Shown here: piece after piece, positions 1-12,463 of the stretch | How positions within the stretch are numbered: position 1 is the stretch's first letter | Layout: each line of letters opens with the position of its first letter | Source of the DNA: Selaginella moellendorffii | Taxonomy: Eukaryota; Plantae; Lycopodiophyta | Reading direction: 5' to 3' | Assembly: GCF_000143415.4 (NCBI RefSeq) | Contig: NW_003314308.1 | Location: 124,001-188,000 of the forward strand | DNA length: 64,000 bases | Notes under the pieces: model-generated | Told to the model about the DNA's origin: nothing | Databases searched by the model: none | What the model saw: only the letters and a program-made list of their open reading frames with translations | Made by a program: the position numbers and the translations under genes

Positions 1-312
1 GAATTGAATTATCTTTTTTTGGCACACCTCTTTTAACATAGTGTTCATAACAAGCGTAAGTGAATTCCATCTAACTCCATTGCAAAGCCATAGATATATA
101 TTGTCTGGAGTCATGTCTCTAATGCATCCCATTGAGTTTATCCTTTGTTGCCATTGATTTCCAATATAACTCTCTCAACACTTTAGTTTTGTACTATGGT
201 GCTTAGAAGATTTGCATATGACTCAAAAGTAGGTTGAAGTCTAACCAATTCAATGAATTGGTGGGGCTCATACTTCAATTGTGTACAATACAAAGGTGCA
301 CAGTGTTGATGT

Positions 313-469
313 TTGGACTTGGAGTTCTCTCAAGAAGAGCATGCTGAAAGAGATTTGAGAATGTGGAAGTTGCAATTGCATATAGTAATATTTAGAATAA
401 CAATAGACACTTTCAATATTTTCCAATTATAATTGTTTCAAATTGGACCTGGAGTTCTCTCAAGAGGAG
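313..469. repeat. ~130-bp tandem duplication (unit 1 at 313-442; unit 2 starts at 443, is split by the LTR insertion and resumes at 2159-2272)
   Basis: ttggac(t/c)tggagttctctcaaga occurs at 313 and 443. gaaagagattt.agaat.tggaagttgcaattgcat...caat.gacacttt.aa.attttccaat.ataa occurs at ~346-442 and again at ~2165-2272. Confidence 0.8.
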
Positions 470-2153
470 TGTGAAACACAAATCCCTAAGCCCCAAAGTG
501 GAGCCGAAAGGGTGCCACATGGTAGTGGCCAAAGCGAAAGCCAAACAAGCAGAATATGTTTGGATTAAAAGCTTTAACTTGAAAGGTCGAAAGTGGGAGT
601 GGAACTCCTAACGAAATGCTCGAGGAACAAGCACGAAGCGAGCAATAAGTGTGTCTTTAGAAAAAAGACATAAGAGGACCAACACATGACATGTGGAAGT
701 GTCCGAGATGGAGTTCAAAAAGGAGTCCAAAATTGGAGTCCGAGATGAACCCAAGTTAGAGTCCGAGATGGAGTTCGAGATGGAGTCCGAGATGGAGTTT
801 GAAATGGAGTCCGAGATGGAGTCTAAGATGGAGTCCGAGATGGAATCTGAGATGGACTCGAGATGGAGTCTGAGATGGACCCGAGATGGAGTCCAAGATG
901 GACCCGAGATGGAATCCAAGATGGACCCGAGATGAAGTCCGAGATGGAGTTCAAGATGGACTTGAGATGGAGTCCGAGATGGACTCGAAATGGAGTCTGA
1001 GATGGACCTGAGATGGAATTTGAGATGGAGTCCGAGATGGACCCGAGATGGAGTCCAAGATGGACTCAAGATGGAGTCTGAGATGGACCTGAGATGGAGT
1101 CCAAAATAGACCCGAGATGGAGTCCGAGATGAAACCGAGACCGAGACTGAGACCGAGATCAAGTCCGAGTCTAAAACCGAGACCGAGACCGAGTCTGAGT
1201 CAAAGTCCAAGTCCAAATACTAATACAAGCTGTTGGGTGAAAGCCCAAAGCAATCGTCCCTCGGGGGGGGGGGGGGTTGCAGAAGGTTCAAAAGTATAGT
1301 AAAGAGAGTGTGGGGGTTGGAGCTTAGTAGAGCCAATTTGGTACCCAGGTGTTGGATGATGAGCTAACCACTGGGAAGTCCAAGAGTCGGCTCTAGTTCC
1401 CCTAGGAGATCAAATGATCAATGCTCCTAATCCAAGTGTGGATGGCACTACCTACTTGGATACCTGGCATGGCTTAACAGAACCTCACTCTAAGCCCATG
1501 GCTAGAGCACCCAAAGGCGGAAGGTGGGGAGAGTACCCAGGAGGCTCACGTAGGGCCACGGTGTTCCAAAATGTTATCTCAAAGTCCTAGACTATGAAGA
1601 GGAAAAAAAGCAATCCTTTGGTGTGGTGACTAAGGATGCAATCCTGTGGTAAAGAAGTCCCAAAGGATAGTGGGACTTAGTGGTCGAGCTTGTGGGCCTT
1701 GTCCCAGTGGTAGTGTTGGCAAACATGGCCATAGACAGAAAAGGGATTTGGTAGGGACTGTAAAAAAGATATTGGGGAAGGCTATTCTCCATGTCTAGGG
1801 GCATTCTAAGGATGCTAAGGAGTGGATCTGGGATGATCATTTATGGATAAATGACTCAATTTTTGAGAGATGGGACTATGATGTTGGTAGTGTTGGACCA
1901 CTAGTGTTACCAAGGTGAATGTCCTTAGCGTAATGGGCTGGTGTGTCGCTGGTACTTTGGGGTGTCAGTCTTAGGATTAGATATGTGAAGCACTTGGACC
2001 AAGTGCAAAGGTTGAGTGGTATGGATGCCATCTTCAAGGCTAGCAAACCCCAAGTCCTGAATAGGACTTATGGAGGTTGTGAACAAGACTCGTCCAAGTG
2101 GTTGGAGGGGTGGTTAAATGACTAAAGTAGAATAGAAAAATTAGTCACTTACA
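470..2153. mobile_element. Solo LTR of an LTR retrotransposon (1684 bp)
   Basis: Starts TGTGA at 470 and ends TTACA at 2153. Flanked by the perfect 5-bp direct repeat AGGAG (465-469, 2154-2158). Removing it restores the second unit of the flanking tandem repeat. No gag/pol recognised inside. Confidence 0.8.
703..1215. repeat. Minisatellite of 12-bp units (GAGATGGAGTCC / GAGATGGACCC variants) grading into 6-bp GAGACC/AAGTCC units, inside the solo LTR
   Basis: Periodicity is directly visible and explains the repetitive ORFs 608..1216 and 693..935. Confidence 0.95.
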
Positions 2154-3041
2154 AGGAGTTTATTGAAAGAGATTTAAGAATATGGAAGTTGCAATTGCAT
2201 GCAGTAACATTCATGTGAGAAGAGTAATAACAATGGACACTTTTAACATTTTCCAATCATAACCATTTCAAATTTTGAAATTTGTAAAAAGGGTTTCCAA
2301 GCATGGGGCAAAACTATCCAATGTATATTGTGTGCTACAGCTGAAGAATTGAAGTTTTCAGGGATTGAAAGCTTGTGCTCACTTAATTAAAAGTAGATTT
2401 GTGACAATTTTCTATATGCTCTAACCCTTTTGCAATGTTTGAGGTTTCTAGGTTTCTTCCTAGCATGGCAAACTGAAGAGGATTTTATGACTTCTTTGAG
2501 GCACAATAATGGATCCAATAGGGGACAGGACTGAGGATTCTATATGACGCCTCCTTCTCTCAAGGCTCGACAATCCCTTTAACAAGACAGCCTAAAACTA
2601 CTTCTAATGTTGTGCCAATCACCAAGGGGAAAGGTCCTATTGAAGAAAGCGATAGCAAGGGATATGTTATTACTCGAGATGCAAACGAGGACGATTTCAC
2701 ATATTCAAAGGGTGATTTTGGTTCTACTATGAAATAGGTTGAGAGTTCCTCAAGCAAGGATGGGCATCATGTAACACCTAAGCTTGATAGTTTTGATTTA
2801 GATCCTAAATTAAGAGCTACTTTGGAAGCTATAGTGATTACCTTTGGTGAGGCAAGCATAAGCCAAAAGGGTACCAAGGGCTGCAAGTGCCTCTGATGGG
2901 CATTTGTGGAATATTTTAAATATTCTTACTTTTAACTTTGCCAATGAACTGAAAAGAGTCTCTTTCAAAGTGTGAAGCATATTTCAAGACAATTATCTAT
3001 TTTTATTGTGAAAATATCTAGATTATGGTACTTCCACAACA

Positions 3042-6000
3042 TCAGCCTAATCCATACAAGCTCTTTGGATTTTGGAGTGCCTAATGGATCTTGTGTTTGG
3101 TCCACTCTATTGATAGGTATGTTAAAGGGAAGAAAACTTCTCAAATGCATGTGGAGAACCTGGGAAATCGAGTAAATGATGTACTCTATCTTTTAACTTG
3201 GATCCAAATAAGCTCTCCCAGTTAGAACTCTAGAGAATCAATTGCAAAGTGATGGAACTTAAATAACTCTTTCAAGCTCATATCTATAAAATGTTCAAAC
3301 ATACAAAAATTTTAGTTGTTTGTGAAAGTAAATAGCTACCTCGAATGATGTGCACAATCCAGCTGTAGAAGTTCTCTCCAAAGTCCTAATCAAAGATCAG
3401 GCAATTGATGAACTCTACGGGAAGAATGATCATCCTTACTTGGAAGACCTATGTCCCAATGAGTGAAAGCCCACTTAGCAATGCTAGACTCTTGTAAAGC
3501 CTCTAACGAGCTTTTATGCACATTGAGTGTTGGAAGCTATTTCAAAGTAAGTCTCCCACTACATTTGGCTTGATAAATAGGTAATGCAGACCACTGTAGC
3601 CATGCATGCCTCCACAACCTGCTCATAACCTTCACCAAGTTCGGTGAGTCTAGACTCAAGCACTGCATTGTAGTTGGTAATTGCAGGGTTCTCTAAGATG
3701 GAATCCATAAACTTGCACCGATCGCCCTCCTCCTTTAGGTTTGATGCACCTTGCAATTGTTTGAGTGCATTCCATATATGTGGTGCGCATGCCTTGAGGT
3801 CCATCTCATATAGTCCTCCTTGGGCAAATTGTCAGTTATTCTTGTTTGGAACTTCTCTGATTGCAATTGCCAATGTTGCAATTATACACCTGCGAGATAC
3901 CTGTGCATTACATTCAAATGCTTGGAATAGCAACCAGCCCACAAAGACAACCTGTGCATATAGAAATGAGGAGCATATAAAACTTGTGCTTTAGACTTAA
4001 CTTACTACATCCCATTGTTCTTGTCGCAACGTCTTAAAATGCACTAGCATCCTAGGATGCCAATGCGTGGCTCCTTCCCTAAGCACAAACAGTCCATGCG
4101 TTTGTAACACAAAGTTACTCTAGTGAGCCAAATGAAAATTAGATTTACTGATCCTGGAATTTAGCGAACAGCCTCCCTAATGGCTTTTGCATGTGGCCCA
4201 CCTGCATCTATTGTGGCTTCCTCCCACACCAAAGCTCCTCCAATCTCAAACGCATAGACCATTTTGTAATTCAGTGTGCCGAGATTAGTATTGAAAACGA
4301 ATTGGAAATAACTAAATTCATTGTTTAGTGCAATCTGGAAGGATAAGTGAGGGAACTCCAATTCATAGGCAATCCATTACTTACCAGAATGTGAGACAAC
4401 CTCAAATGTGTACAAGCAAGTTTGTATGGTTAAAGCATGGCCTTTTCAATGTAAAAACGGGAGAACTTACAATACAGTGTTTCAGCAGTGTCAAATAGTT
4501 CTTTTAATTGTTGTGTAGCCGCCCAATTCCTACGTAGGTCCCTGCACAAAACAATAAGATGGTACTAAGTGCTAAGAAATAGATACACATACCTTTTCTC
4601 AAAGAACCATGCTATTGTGAACTTAACAATTGAAGGAGGCATATTGATACTTCCTTCAGCAAGGAGTTGTTAGATTGTGTTGTCACAAAACACACCCTTA
4701 TACTATGCTTCTAAAAGGCCAAGTTGAAGGAAAACACTCTCCCAATCCTACTAATGAGGCATGGCTTGGCTGAAAAGCATGTGTCAAAGAAATATTTCAC
4801 CACCAGCCCAATGGAATTTAGAGTGTCTAGCAACAGCATTTAGCATCTCCTCATCACTTGTGCTCTTCACACCAAAGCAACCAAGAAGTTTGTGTTTCAG
4901 CCACTGCACATGTAAGAGAATTTCAGCATCCTCTTGTGCCCTCACCTCAAGGGCTGTAATGGCATCTTGTAAGGCAGAAACCTCCTCATGTTGCAACATG
5001 ATGAAGTTGGCACTATCTTGAGTGGTTAACTGAACAGCTTCATTAAATGCATTAGTGGCATCAATCCATTGTTGTTGACACTCCAACAATCTACATGCAA
5101 ACATTAATTCCATTTCGAATGGCACAATTTTCAATTATCTTACTCTACTGTAAAAAAGTTGTCAAGCAACTCCATAAAAGTAAGTGGAGTGGAGCTACTT
5201 CCCTCTAGAAAGGGGGGTGGAGGCACAGCATGGTCTTCAAGGCCTCCGCCATCACTGTCATATACTACCATTGGCCTATCTGCATTTAAAAATTAGAAAA
5301 TGAAAGAAATACTCATTTATATTAATGCTTTTTACCAGCCACATGGCCTAGAGCCACTATCTCTGGTAACAAGGATGTCTCTAGAGATCCTTGGTGCAAT
5401 TCATCCCCACCATCACCTTGTTCTTCGACTCCGGTGATGTCCATATTGTTTTGTGTGGGGAGAGTTTCTTTTGGTAATGAAAGAATGTCTTCTTCATCCA
5501 TAGAGTTTTCTTCTTCATTATTCTCATCTTGGTTTGGTTCCTGCGTGGCTGGCCTCGGGAGAAATGGCTCACCAAGGGATCATCATTTGCAATCAAGGTA
5601 TTTGTACTAGCTACAATTGCAAAGACCACAATATATATTTGTGAGAAGGGAAATTTAAGAAAATAATGACTTACGTTCACAAACATCCTTCTCCTTGAGT
5701 GCTCGAGCCTACTTTTGATAACTTAGCTAATGTTTCTCAGTAAGATGCTCCATAACATTGTATAGGTATATTACTATTGCCTGGTTACCATTAGCCTTGT
5801 TTGCTATAGCTCCCCATAATATTTTAAGAGGCCAGTAGTAAGGTCGAATAGAGCTGAGGCAAATTTTGTAGACTCGGCATGGGCCTCACCACTATTGGAC
5901 TACCTTGCACGCTGGACAAATGCTCCTGGGTTGGTTATAGATGAAGGTTGGATTCCTAAGGCTTGAAGTGATAATAGAATCACATGTTGGGCCATGTCAG

Positions 6001-6850
6001 GCTGGAAAGGAATATTGGAGTATAAGCCACCCCATATGAGACACTTTAGGAGGTCCACTATTAGCTTGTCAAGTTCCATCACCTTCACAAATGGCTCTCT
6101 TTTCCACCCATAGAAGTGTATATGCCAAGTCTTCGGGATTGCAATCCACTTGGTGACAAGAACTGTAATGAACAGCCGGGGGACCAAGGGTGTCGTAGAC
6201 AATATCCCACCAATAACTTTGGATTGACTACCATGACATCCATAACGATAAGATAAGGACTGCCAATTGTTATTGGCATAGGTGTGCACTACAGCCACAA
6301 GCGGTAAGAGAGTCTAGCACAATGAAACAAAAATGAGTCAAACAAATCCAAAGAAAAAAAAATTGAAGAGTGCATGGGGTCATGTTATACCTGTGGCTCA
6401 CATGGCAGCCCACCTTGAGGGTCAACTTGAATATATCTGGATGTCGAAGCTCCACTAAATGATGATGTCGATCCTTGGGAGTAGTTGTGGAATGCTGGTG
6501 GGGAACTATAAGCTCGCTAGTGTGGCGACATTGTCAACTCACCCTACGCAGAAAAACACATGGAAAAAAGATGGGTACAAATGAAAAACTTACCGAGCTA
6601 CACCAATTATTGCTTCGAAAGGTAGATGGCTAGGTATTGGCACTTGCATCGGTAGATGGAGTTGCAAGAGTTGTAGCGGCTGGTGGAGTTGCGAGGCTGG
6701 TAGAAGTGGCACTATATGGGCTTCCATGAGCATGTTCTGTAGTTGGTGTTGGTGGCAGCATTCCAAATTGAACAACACCGTGGGCATGAGGCATCCAGAC
6801 TTGCTCATTTTGGACGCTCGGGCTACTGCTTTCTAAGGAAGGCAAAGAGA
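3042..6850 (-). pseudogene. Decayed multi-exon HECT-type E3 ubiquitin ligase gene (transposon cargo)
   Basis: Minus-strand pieces in HECT order: EEATIDAGGP (~4194-4222), VVFVGWLLFQAFE...LYEMDLKACAPHIWNALKQL (~3750-3950), and C-lobe RFPRFSTCI*EVFFPLTYLSIEWTKHKIH*ALQNPKSLYGLG* with catalytic-type Cys at 3147-3149, an aromatic residue at -4 and stop at 3042-3044. Many in-frame stops. The 5' end is approximate. Confidence 0.72.
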
Positions 6851-7499
6851 ACGAAACATGCTAAAAGTTCCACATATGTTGCAATGTATGCAATATTAGG
6901 TGGCGCTCTACTTGCTCAAATGCAGTCATGAGCTGTGGATGGGATGCTGTTAGAGTTGATGTCCCTACTGCGGAGCTTGGAAAATCAAGTGGCTGGCATG
7001 TGTCTCAGGAGACTGTTGGCTGTACTGATTGTGGAATATCGAGTGCTTAGCTGCGTGCTCGCAAGGAATTTCCTGCATAGTATCTACTGCTGTTGAGGCA
7101 TGTGGTGTTCTTGCTTTGAGCCTAAAAACCACAAAGGATTGGTTATGCAAACTTGATCGAGGAAAAGCTACCCACCATCGCAACTGTGGCACTCTTGCTT
7201 AGGCAGTGGTCCTACAATCGGGGGAGTGTGCAATAGAAGCTTTGCCTCCGGTTAGATGACGTGAATTGATTGGAAGAATGAACGAACCATCAACAAAATC
7301 ATGTCATAAAATGAAATTTCCCTGTATCCAAGGCACAATTAATATGGGTGGGACTTGGTGTAAACCCTAATCCTAAATGTGGGAACCCTAAAATTGAAGA
7401 AATCAAGAATTGAATTTAAATTTGAAATTTACACTAAAGAACACTCAGTTTTCTCCAAGTATAGCTAAGTATAATTTTTTTAAAGCTCGTCACTTCACT

Positions 7500-9183
7500 G
7501 GTGTTGCTGTAGTAAGGCACTTTTGATATAAAGTGGTAAATCTACACTCGCAACATCAGCCATTGCACACTCTATTGTTAGATCCAAATGAAGTAGATAT
7601 TGCTTGTCCAAGTTGAGTCCCTCTTGATGCATTAAAAATGCCTAGTTTCGAACAGTGCCAAGACTTGTAAGGTAGCCAAGCACAACGAAATAGATTTTAA
7701 AAAATTGTTCAATTCTTGCTCTAAAGATTACCTCTAACAGAGTTGCACCTTCGATATTGGACAGAAATGGTCCAAGAAGGTCTTTAATATTTTTTCCACC
7801 AACAGCCGGCATAATCCTACAAAAGCACAATTTATAAAGAATTCTGTAACATTACCAAAATTCTTACCCAAACTTTCATTCCATCGGTTAAAATAAGTTT
7901 GTAGGAACATGAGATGGTCTAAAGTAATCACCACATCAATACAGACGGACCTTATAGAGGTTCTAGGTTGCAACCCAGTGTGAAATATCTTTATTGAGGT
8001 ACAGAGTAAAGACACAACATAGACTCTAGTTGTGCCATGGATTAGATACATAAAAAATTCTTACATCTTCTATAAGCTCAAAAAGTGTTTATAAAATCAC
8101 ACCATGCTCAAAGAGCTCTCTCCACAAATGCTTTATATGTTGTAAAACAAATTTGATTTAGTCCTTATTTGGAAAAACTCTAACACTGTGAGCACTTGGT
8201 TACATGTTGATGTCCCATATATGAAGCTCCTAGCTGCAGGACCCCAACAATAGACCATGTCCTTCTCAACCTCATTGTGCTCTGGAGCATTGTCGCTCTG
8301 AATGTGTTTGGGCCTTTCAAATTGACAAACAACCTACACATATGTGTTGAATATTGCATGAGATTCTTTGGAGGTAGCTAGCTTGCAAGCTACAATATAG
8401 TGAGTTGCTTCGCAAATAATGGCATGTACATAGAAACCATAAGTTACAAGCTTGCAATATGCTACAATAAACATGTTACCACATATGTTAACAAAAAAGC
8501 ATAAATGAAAAAATACTCACAATCCATATAGCAAAGTGCATAAGCCTCTTTGTTCCTATAAATCCTCAAATCCTTGTCATGTGCCTTTGTTCCAGCTTAG
8601 TTGGATCATGAGTGGCTAAGGCCTCACGAATTTGGCGTCGGCTAAACCAATATCCTCTAGTTCGATAGCTAGATCGGGAATTGATAATCCCCCAGTTTGT
8701 GCCACCTTGATTCATGGCTTTGTTAGTTCGAATGTGATGAAGTACCTCTTCGGGTGGTACTCTGTAATATACACCTCTCCAATTTGGATTGACAAGCTAT
8801 ATGTATTTGTACAATATTGCCTTGGAAATTCTAAGATAGCATGCGAGGTAAGCAATAGTCTTAGTCTCGAGGATCTTCAGATGCATCCAGGTGCCAAACG
8901 CGGCTGGACTACCGAATCCCTTCGATTGCAAAAAATTATAGAAGGGCTAAAAACATGTAAATCATGAATCTAGAAGGCTGGAAATTAAGCAAACCTCTAG
9001 GACAACATTATTGTCACTATCCACACCTAAACCATAATCCGAATCACTAAAATTGAATGAAAGGTTATCCACTTTGTTTTCCTCCACATCTTTTAGTAAA
9101 CCTGGAAGAAAAGGTTTTAGTGACACAAATTTGAAGTGAACTAGGGAAGGAACTATACTTATGGTAGGAACTTGAAAGTCCAT
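7500..9183 (-). pseudogene. Decayed intron-containing DDE transposase/integrase of the eukaryotic IS3/IS481-like (IS3EU-type) family
   Basis: Spliced minus-strand translation gives HTH-like TIAYLACYLRISKAILYKYI; GGTNWGIINSRSSYRTRGYWFSRRQIREALATHDP; RIYRNKEAYALCYMD|SYCKLVTYGFYVHAII...FERPKHIQSDNAPEHNEVEKDM...ARSFIYGTSTCNQ|HIKHLWRELF; and DVSNPWHN*SLCCVF...WVAT*NLYKVR. These match the family pattern WHxDGxHKL..HGxIDG..PxxxRSDxGxEN..SFIxGxSxxNQRIERLWRD..WNxHxxR. Intron at 8462-8520. Ends approximate. Confidence 0.82.
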
Positions 9184-9682
9184 AAATAGCAATCAAGTAG
9201 TAAATCAAAACCATTTCCAACATTGCCCACAAAAACATTTGAAACCAATCACTAACAAACCAAGTTACTTTCCACATTTGCTACCAAGAAACATGCTAAA
9301 TAACAAAGCACTAAAGCAGCATGCTAAGGCAAACAGGCATCTTTTAAACCCTATGACCTAATGAATCCCTATGTCATGGGGTCAAATTTGATGATATATA
9401 GCATCTATGTATAGCACATTATTCATATTAGGATATCATCAACCCATGGGGCCAGCATTCATGGGGTATCCATGAGGCATCCAAATGACATTTAATGCCA
9501 AATTAATAAAAGACTGCCACATAAACACTATATTGTGAGTGAAATTTGCCATAGTAACACTCACCTTTTTCCGAATTGCACGCCATACGGTGCGTATTAT
9601 GATCGTTGCGCCACGCGTGGTCGCATAAACCCTAAAAATTCTTTCTTTCTTTCTTTCCAACAGTCTAAATTTCGGGGGGACG

Positions 9683-12223
9683 ATGGCAGTGAGCGACAAT
9701 TCTTCCTCCGATGAAGACGACGAGCCATTCGTCTCGATCGGCAGGGCCACCAGCAGCGGCAGCGACAGCAGCAGTAGCGGCGGCAGCGTCGTTTGCAGTG
9801 GCCGGACAAATTCCAAGATCAAGAGGAGCAGCGATGCCGGGCGGAGGATCCAGCATGGAAGGCTCTACGACTCCACGAACGGGATTACTTGCCACTGGTG
9901 CCGCCAGAAAACAGTGGAGGACAAGGTGTGCTGCAGCCGCTGCCCCATCAGCTTTTGCGGGAGCTGCCTCGCCAATCGCCATGGCGAGATTCTTGACGAG
10001 CAGATGGAGGAGGGCGTGCGCTGGGTCTGTCCCAAGTGCCGCGGCGGCTGCGGCCCTGGCTGCGTGGATTCTTGGTAAGATCGATCCATCTCCATCGCCG
10101 AGATCATGCATTTCATTTCTAGGGTATCATCTCACGATCCATTCTTTGCAGCTGTAACTGTGGCCCCTGCCGCAAGGCGCAAGGATTGGCGCCGACGGGC
10201 GTCCTCAAGCACGGAGCTGCGAAGTCCGGATTCAACAATGCGCATGACTACTTGATCCATCTCGAGACTGGTGAGTCCGTGAGAGAGATCGCACAGCGCA
10301 AGCTCGGGAGGGACTGGATCAAGCCCGGCAGCACGGTTCGTTACGACACCGAGCCGATCTTTCGGAGGAGGATCATCCGGACTCTTGACGATGAGGATTG
10401 CACGCCAAAGAAGCGGCGGACCTGCGAGGCCGAGGAGAGGACGCCTCCATCGAGTGTGAGTGTTCTTTTCTTTTCTTTCTCTAAACTTTGGCGATTTTCT
10501 TTCTGGCTTTAGATGCGTGGAGCGCTCAGGGGAGCACAGCTACGGCGGTATCTTTCTCAGCTAGCGTCTGACAAGGCCGCGGATAAAGCCATCGCCGAGG
10601 AGGAGGACGAGGAGGCCAGTGGCAAGGACGTAGCTTCGCTTGGAAGTAGAGTAAAGCTCCGGCTTTTTCAGTCGCGTGTCAAGGGCGAGAAGATGGACCA
10701 CGTTGGGACGAGCTCGATTGCTGCTGCTGCCCCAGCGATCAAGACAGAAAAGCCGGCAGACGAAGAGCAAGGTAAGGTTTTCAGTCGCCAAAAGCAAGTG
10801 AAGATGGAAAAGGATAGTGAAGCGTCGGCTCCTGCTTCCCAGAGCCACCAACAAGCCGGGGAGCGCTTCCGAGAGATCTTCTCTGAGGCAAAGCAGACGA
10901 AAGAACGAGAGGAGAAGGATGAAGTTAACGTTGGTGCTCGAGTCAAGGCCGAAAAGGAGGATAGTCCGAGGACAGGGAGCGAGCAGAGGGCAACTGTTGC
11001 GATCGTCAAGAACGAAGAAGGTGGTGACAAGAAGACGATCAGAGCAGGCATTAGTAGTGAAGAGGGGCGGGTTTCTAGAGGAGAAACTCCTAGCGACACC
11101 CAGGACGAACGAGGAATCGAACACGATAGTGGCAGCAGGGAGAATACACCCGCACCGTGGAGCCGCGCTAGGAACCTGGAGAGAGCCCGCGAGCACGCTC
11201 AGGTGTTCCATAGAGCTTGCCGGAGGAACACTAGAAACAGGAGTAACTATTCGCACTTGGTGGATTCCGCAGCGAGCGAGAGTGAGGAAGAGGAGGAGCT
11301 GGAACCCGACAGCGATGAGAGCTCGAGACGCACCCAGAGTAGCTCGCTCACCGAGCAGCAGGACTCCGACTCGGACAATGGGACAAAGGTACGTTTTTTT
11401 TTCTTTTCTTTGTTAAGCTGTTTGTTTGATCACCAGGATGAAGGATTTGTTCTAGGCCGAGACGCTGGACTTTTGTATCGCCAGCAGCTTGAGAAGGAGC
11501 TTGAGAAGCCCTTCGATTCTCAGCAGCTAGAGAGCATGCTCAAGCAAGCGAGCTGTAGGAAGCCAGTTCTTCGTCACAGGGACACAAGGCGCGGGAGTAT
11601 GCCAATCGCTACTACTGTCACAGCTCCTTCCTATCTCGACTATCATCCAGGTGATAAGAAAAAAACACTGCCTGCTATAGCACGAACTTTCGTTTGCTCA
11701 TTGCTTTTTGTTTGCATGGACAGATCTTGCGGAGAAAGTAGAAGCGGCTGAAGATGAGGAAAAGCTCCGCCTCTTACGTGGTTTCTTCTTCTGGCTTATG
11801 GTAGCGTGGACTTCTTCATGGCGATAAAAAAAAGTGTTCCGTTCTTTTGCAGAAAACCTGCGATCCTGGAGCTTTCAAGCCATGGGTGACTCTCTCAGAC
11901 CAGGAGAAAGGCAGCGACGAGTGCTACTTTGATGATCCAGACTGCGAGGTAGACGGATCTACGTGGAAAATTGTTGCTTCACTAACTTTGTGGTTCATTA
12001 GATTACTGCAGTGGTGGTGCCACTGGACGAGCAGCGAGAAGCAAAAAACCTGCTGAGGCAGCGAAAAACTTCGATCGCCCCAGCGCTTTCAGATGAAAAC
12101 GAAGAGACTCCGACTGGGCACGCCAAAGTTAAGGAAGAGAAACTCTCTGATGAGGGAGGTGCCAAAGAGAAAATCGCCGGTGGAATTGGCGTCAAAGTTA
12201 AGGAGGAGAAGCTCACAGAATGA
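9683..12223 (+). CDS. zf-4CXXC_R1 (CDCA7-type) zinc-finger protein with acidic linker and a C-terminal plant conserved domain (SYLDYHPDL...LLRGFFFWL...GAFKPW)
   Basis: YDSTNGITCHWCRQKT..CSRC..FCGSCLANRHGE..WVCPKCRG..CNCGPCRKAQGLAPTGVL..GFNNAHDYL. In-frame GT-AG introns join about 7 exons (e.g. intron ending at 10512). Confidence 0.8.
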
Positions 12224-12463
12224 GAGAGAGAATTCCGCGCAGGATCGAGACACCCTGAAGATATAAAATTTTTGGTAAGTAGCAGCAGTAGCTGGCTAGG
12301 CGGATTTAAGTTAAGTCACTGTGTAATGTTACGCAAGAAAGGGAGAACAAAGAATGATTTTTTGTTACTTGTAAAGAGCTTACCAAGAACTGGTTCCAGG
12401 CATTGGATATTTTCTTCGCGAGAAGATCCATTGTTGCGATGAATTCTAAAAAGTTCTTCCTTT

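Larger units (their letters stand above)
3042..9559 (-). mobile_element. Putative two-gene DNA transposon relic (DDE transposase + HECT ligase); termini not established
   Basis: Two co-oriented, similarly decayed genes in a CpG-depleted block that ends abruptly at ~9560, where CpG-rich genic DNA starts. Confidence 0.6.

Noticed and set aside
703-1215. CRISPR-like array
   Set aside because: Tandem units without unique spacers, in a eukaryotic context.
608-1299. ORFs of 202, 80 and 60 aa
   Set aside because: Artefacts of the stop-free 12-bp/6-bp minisatellite.
9540-9559. Candidate transposon terminus (TGTTACTATGGCA on - strand) pairing with tgtactatgg at ~190
   Set aside because: Match is too short and gapped, and no TSD was found. 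The other end may be lost or outside the window.
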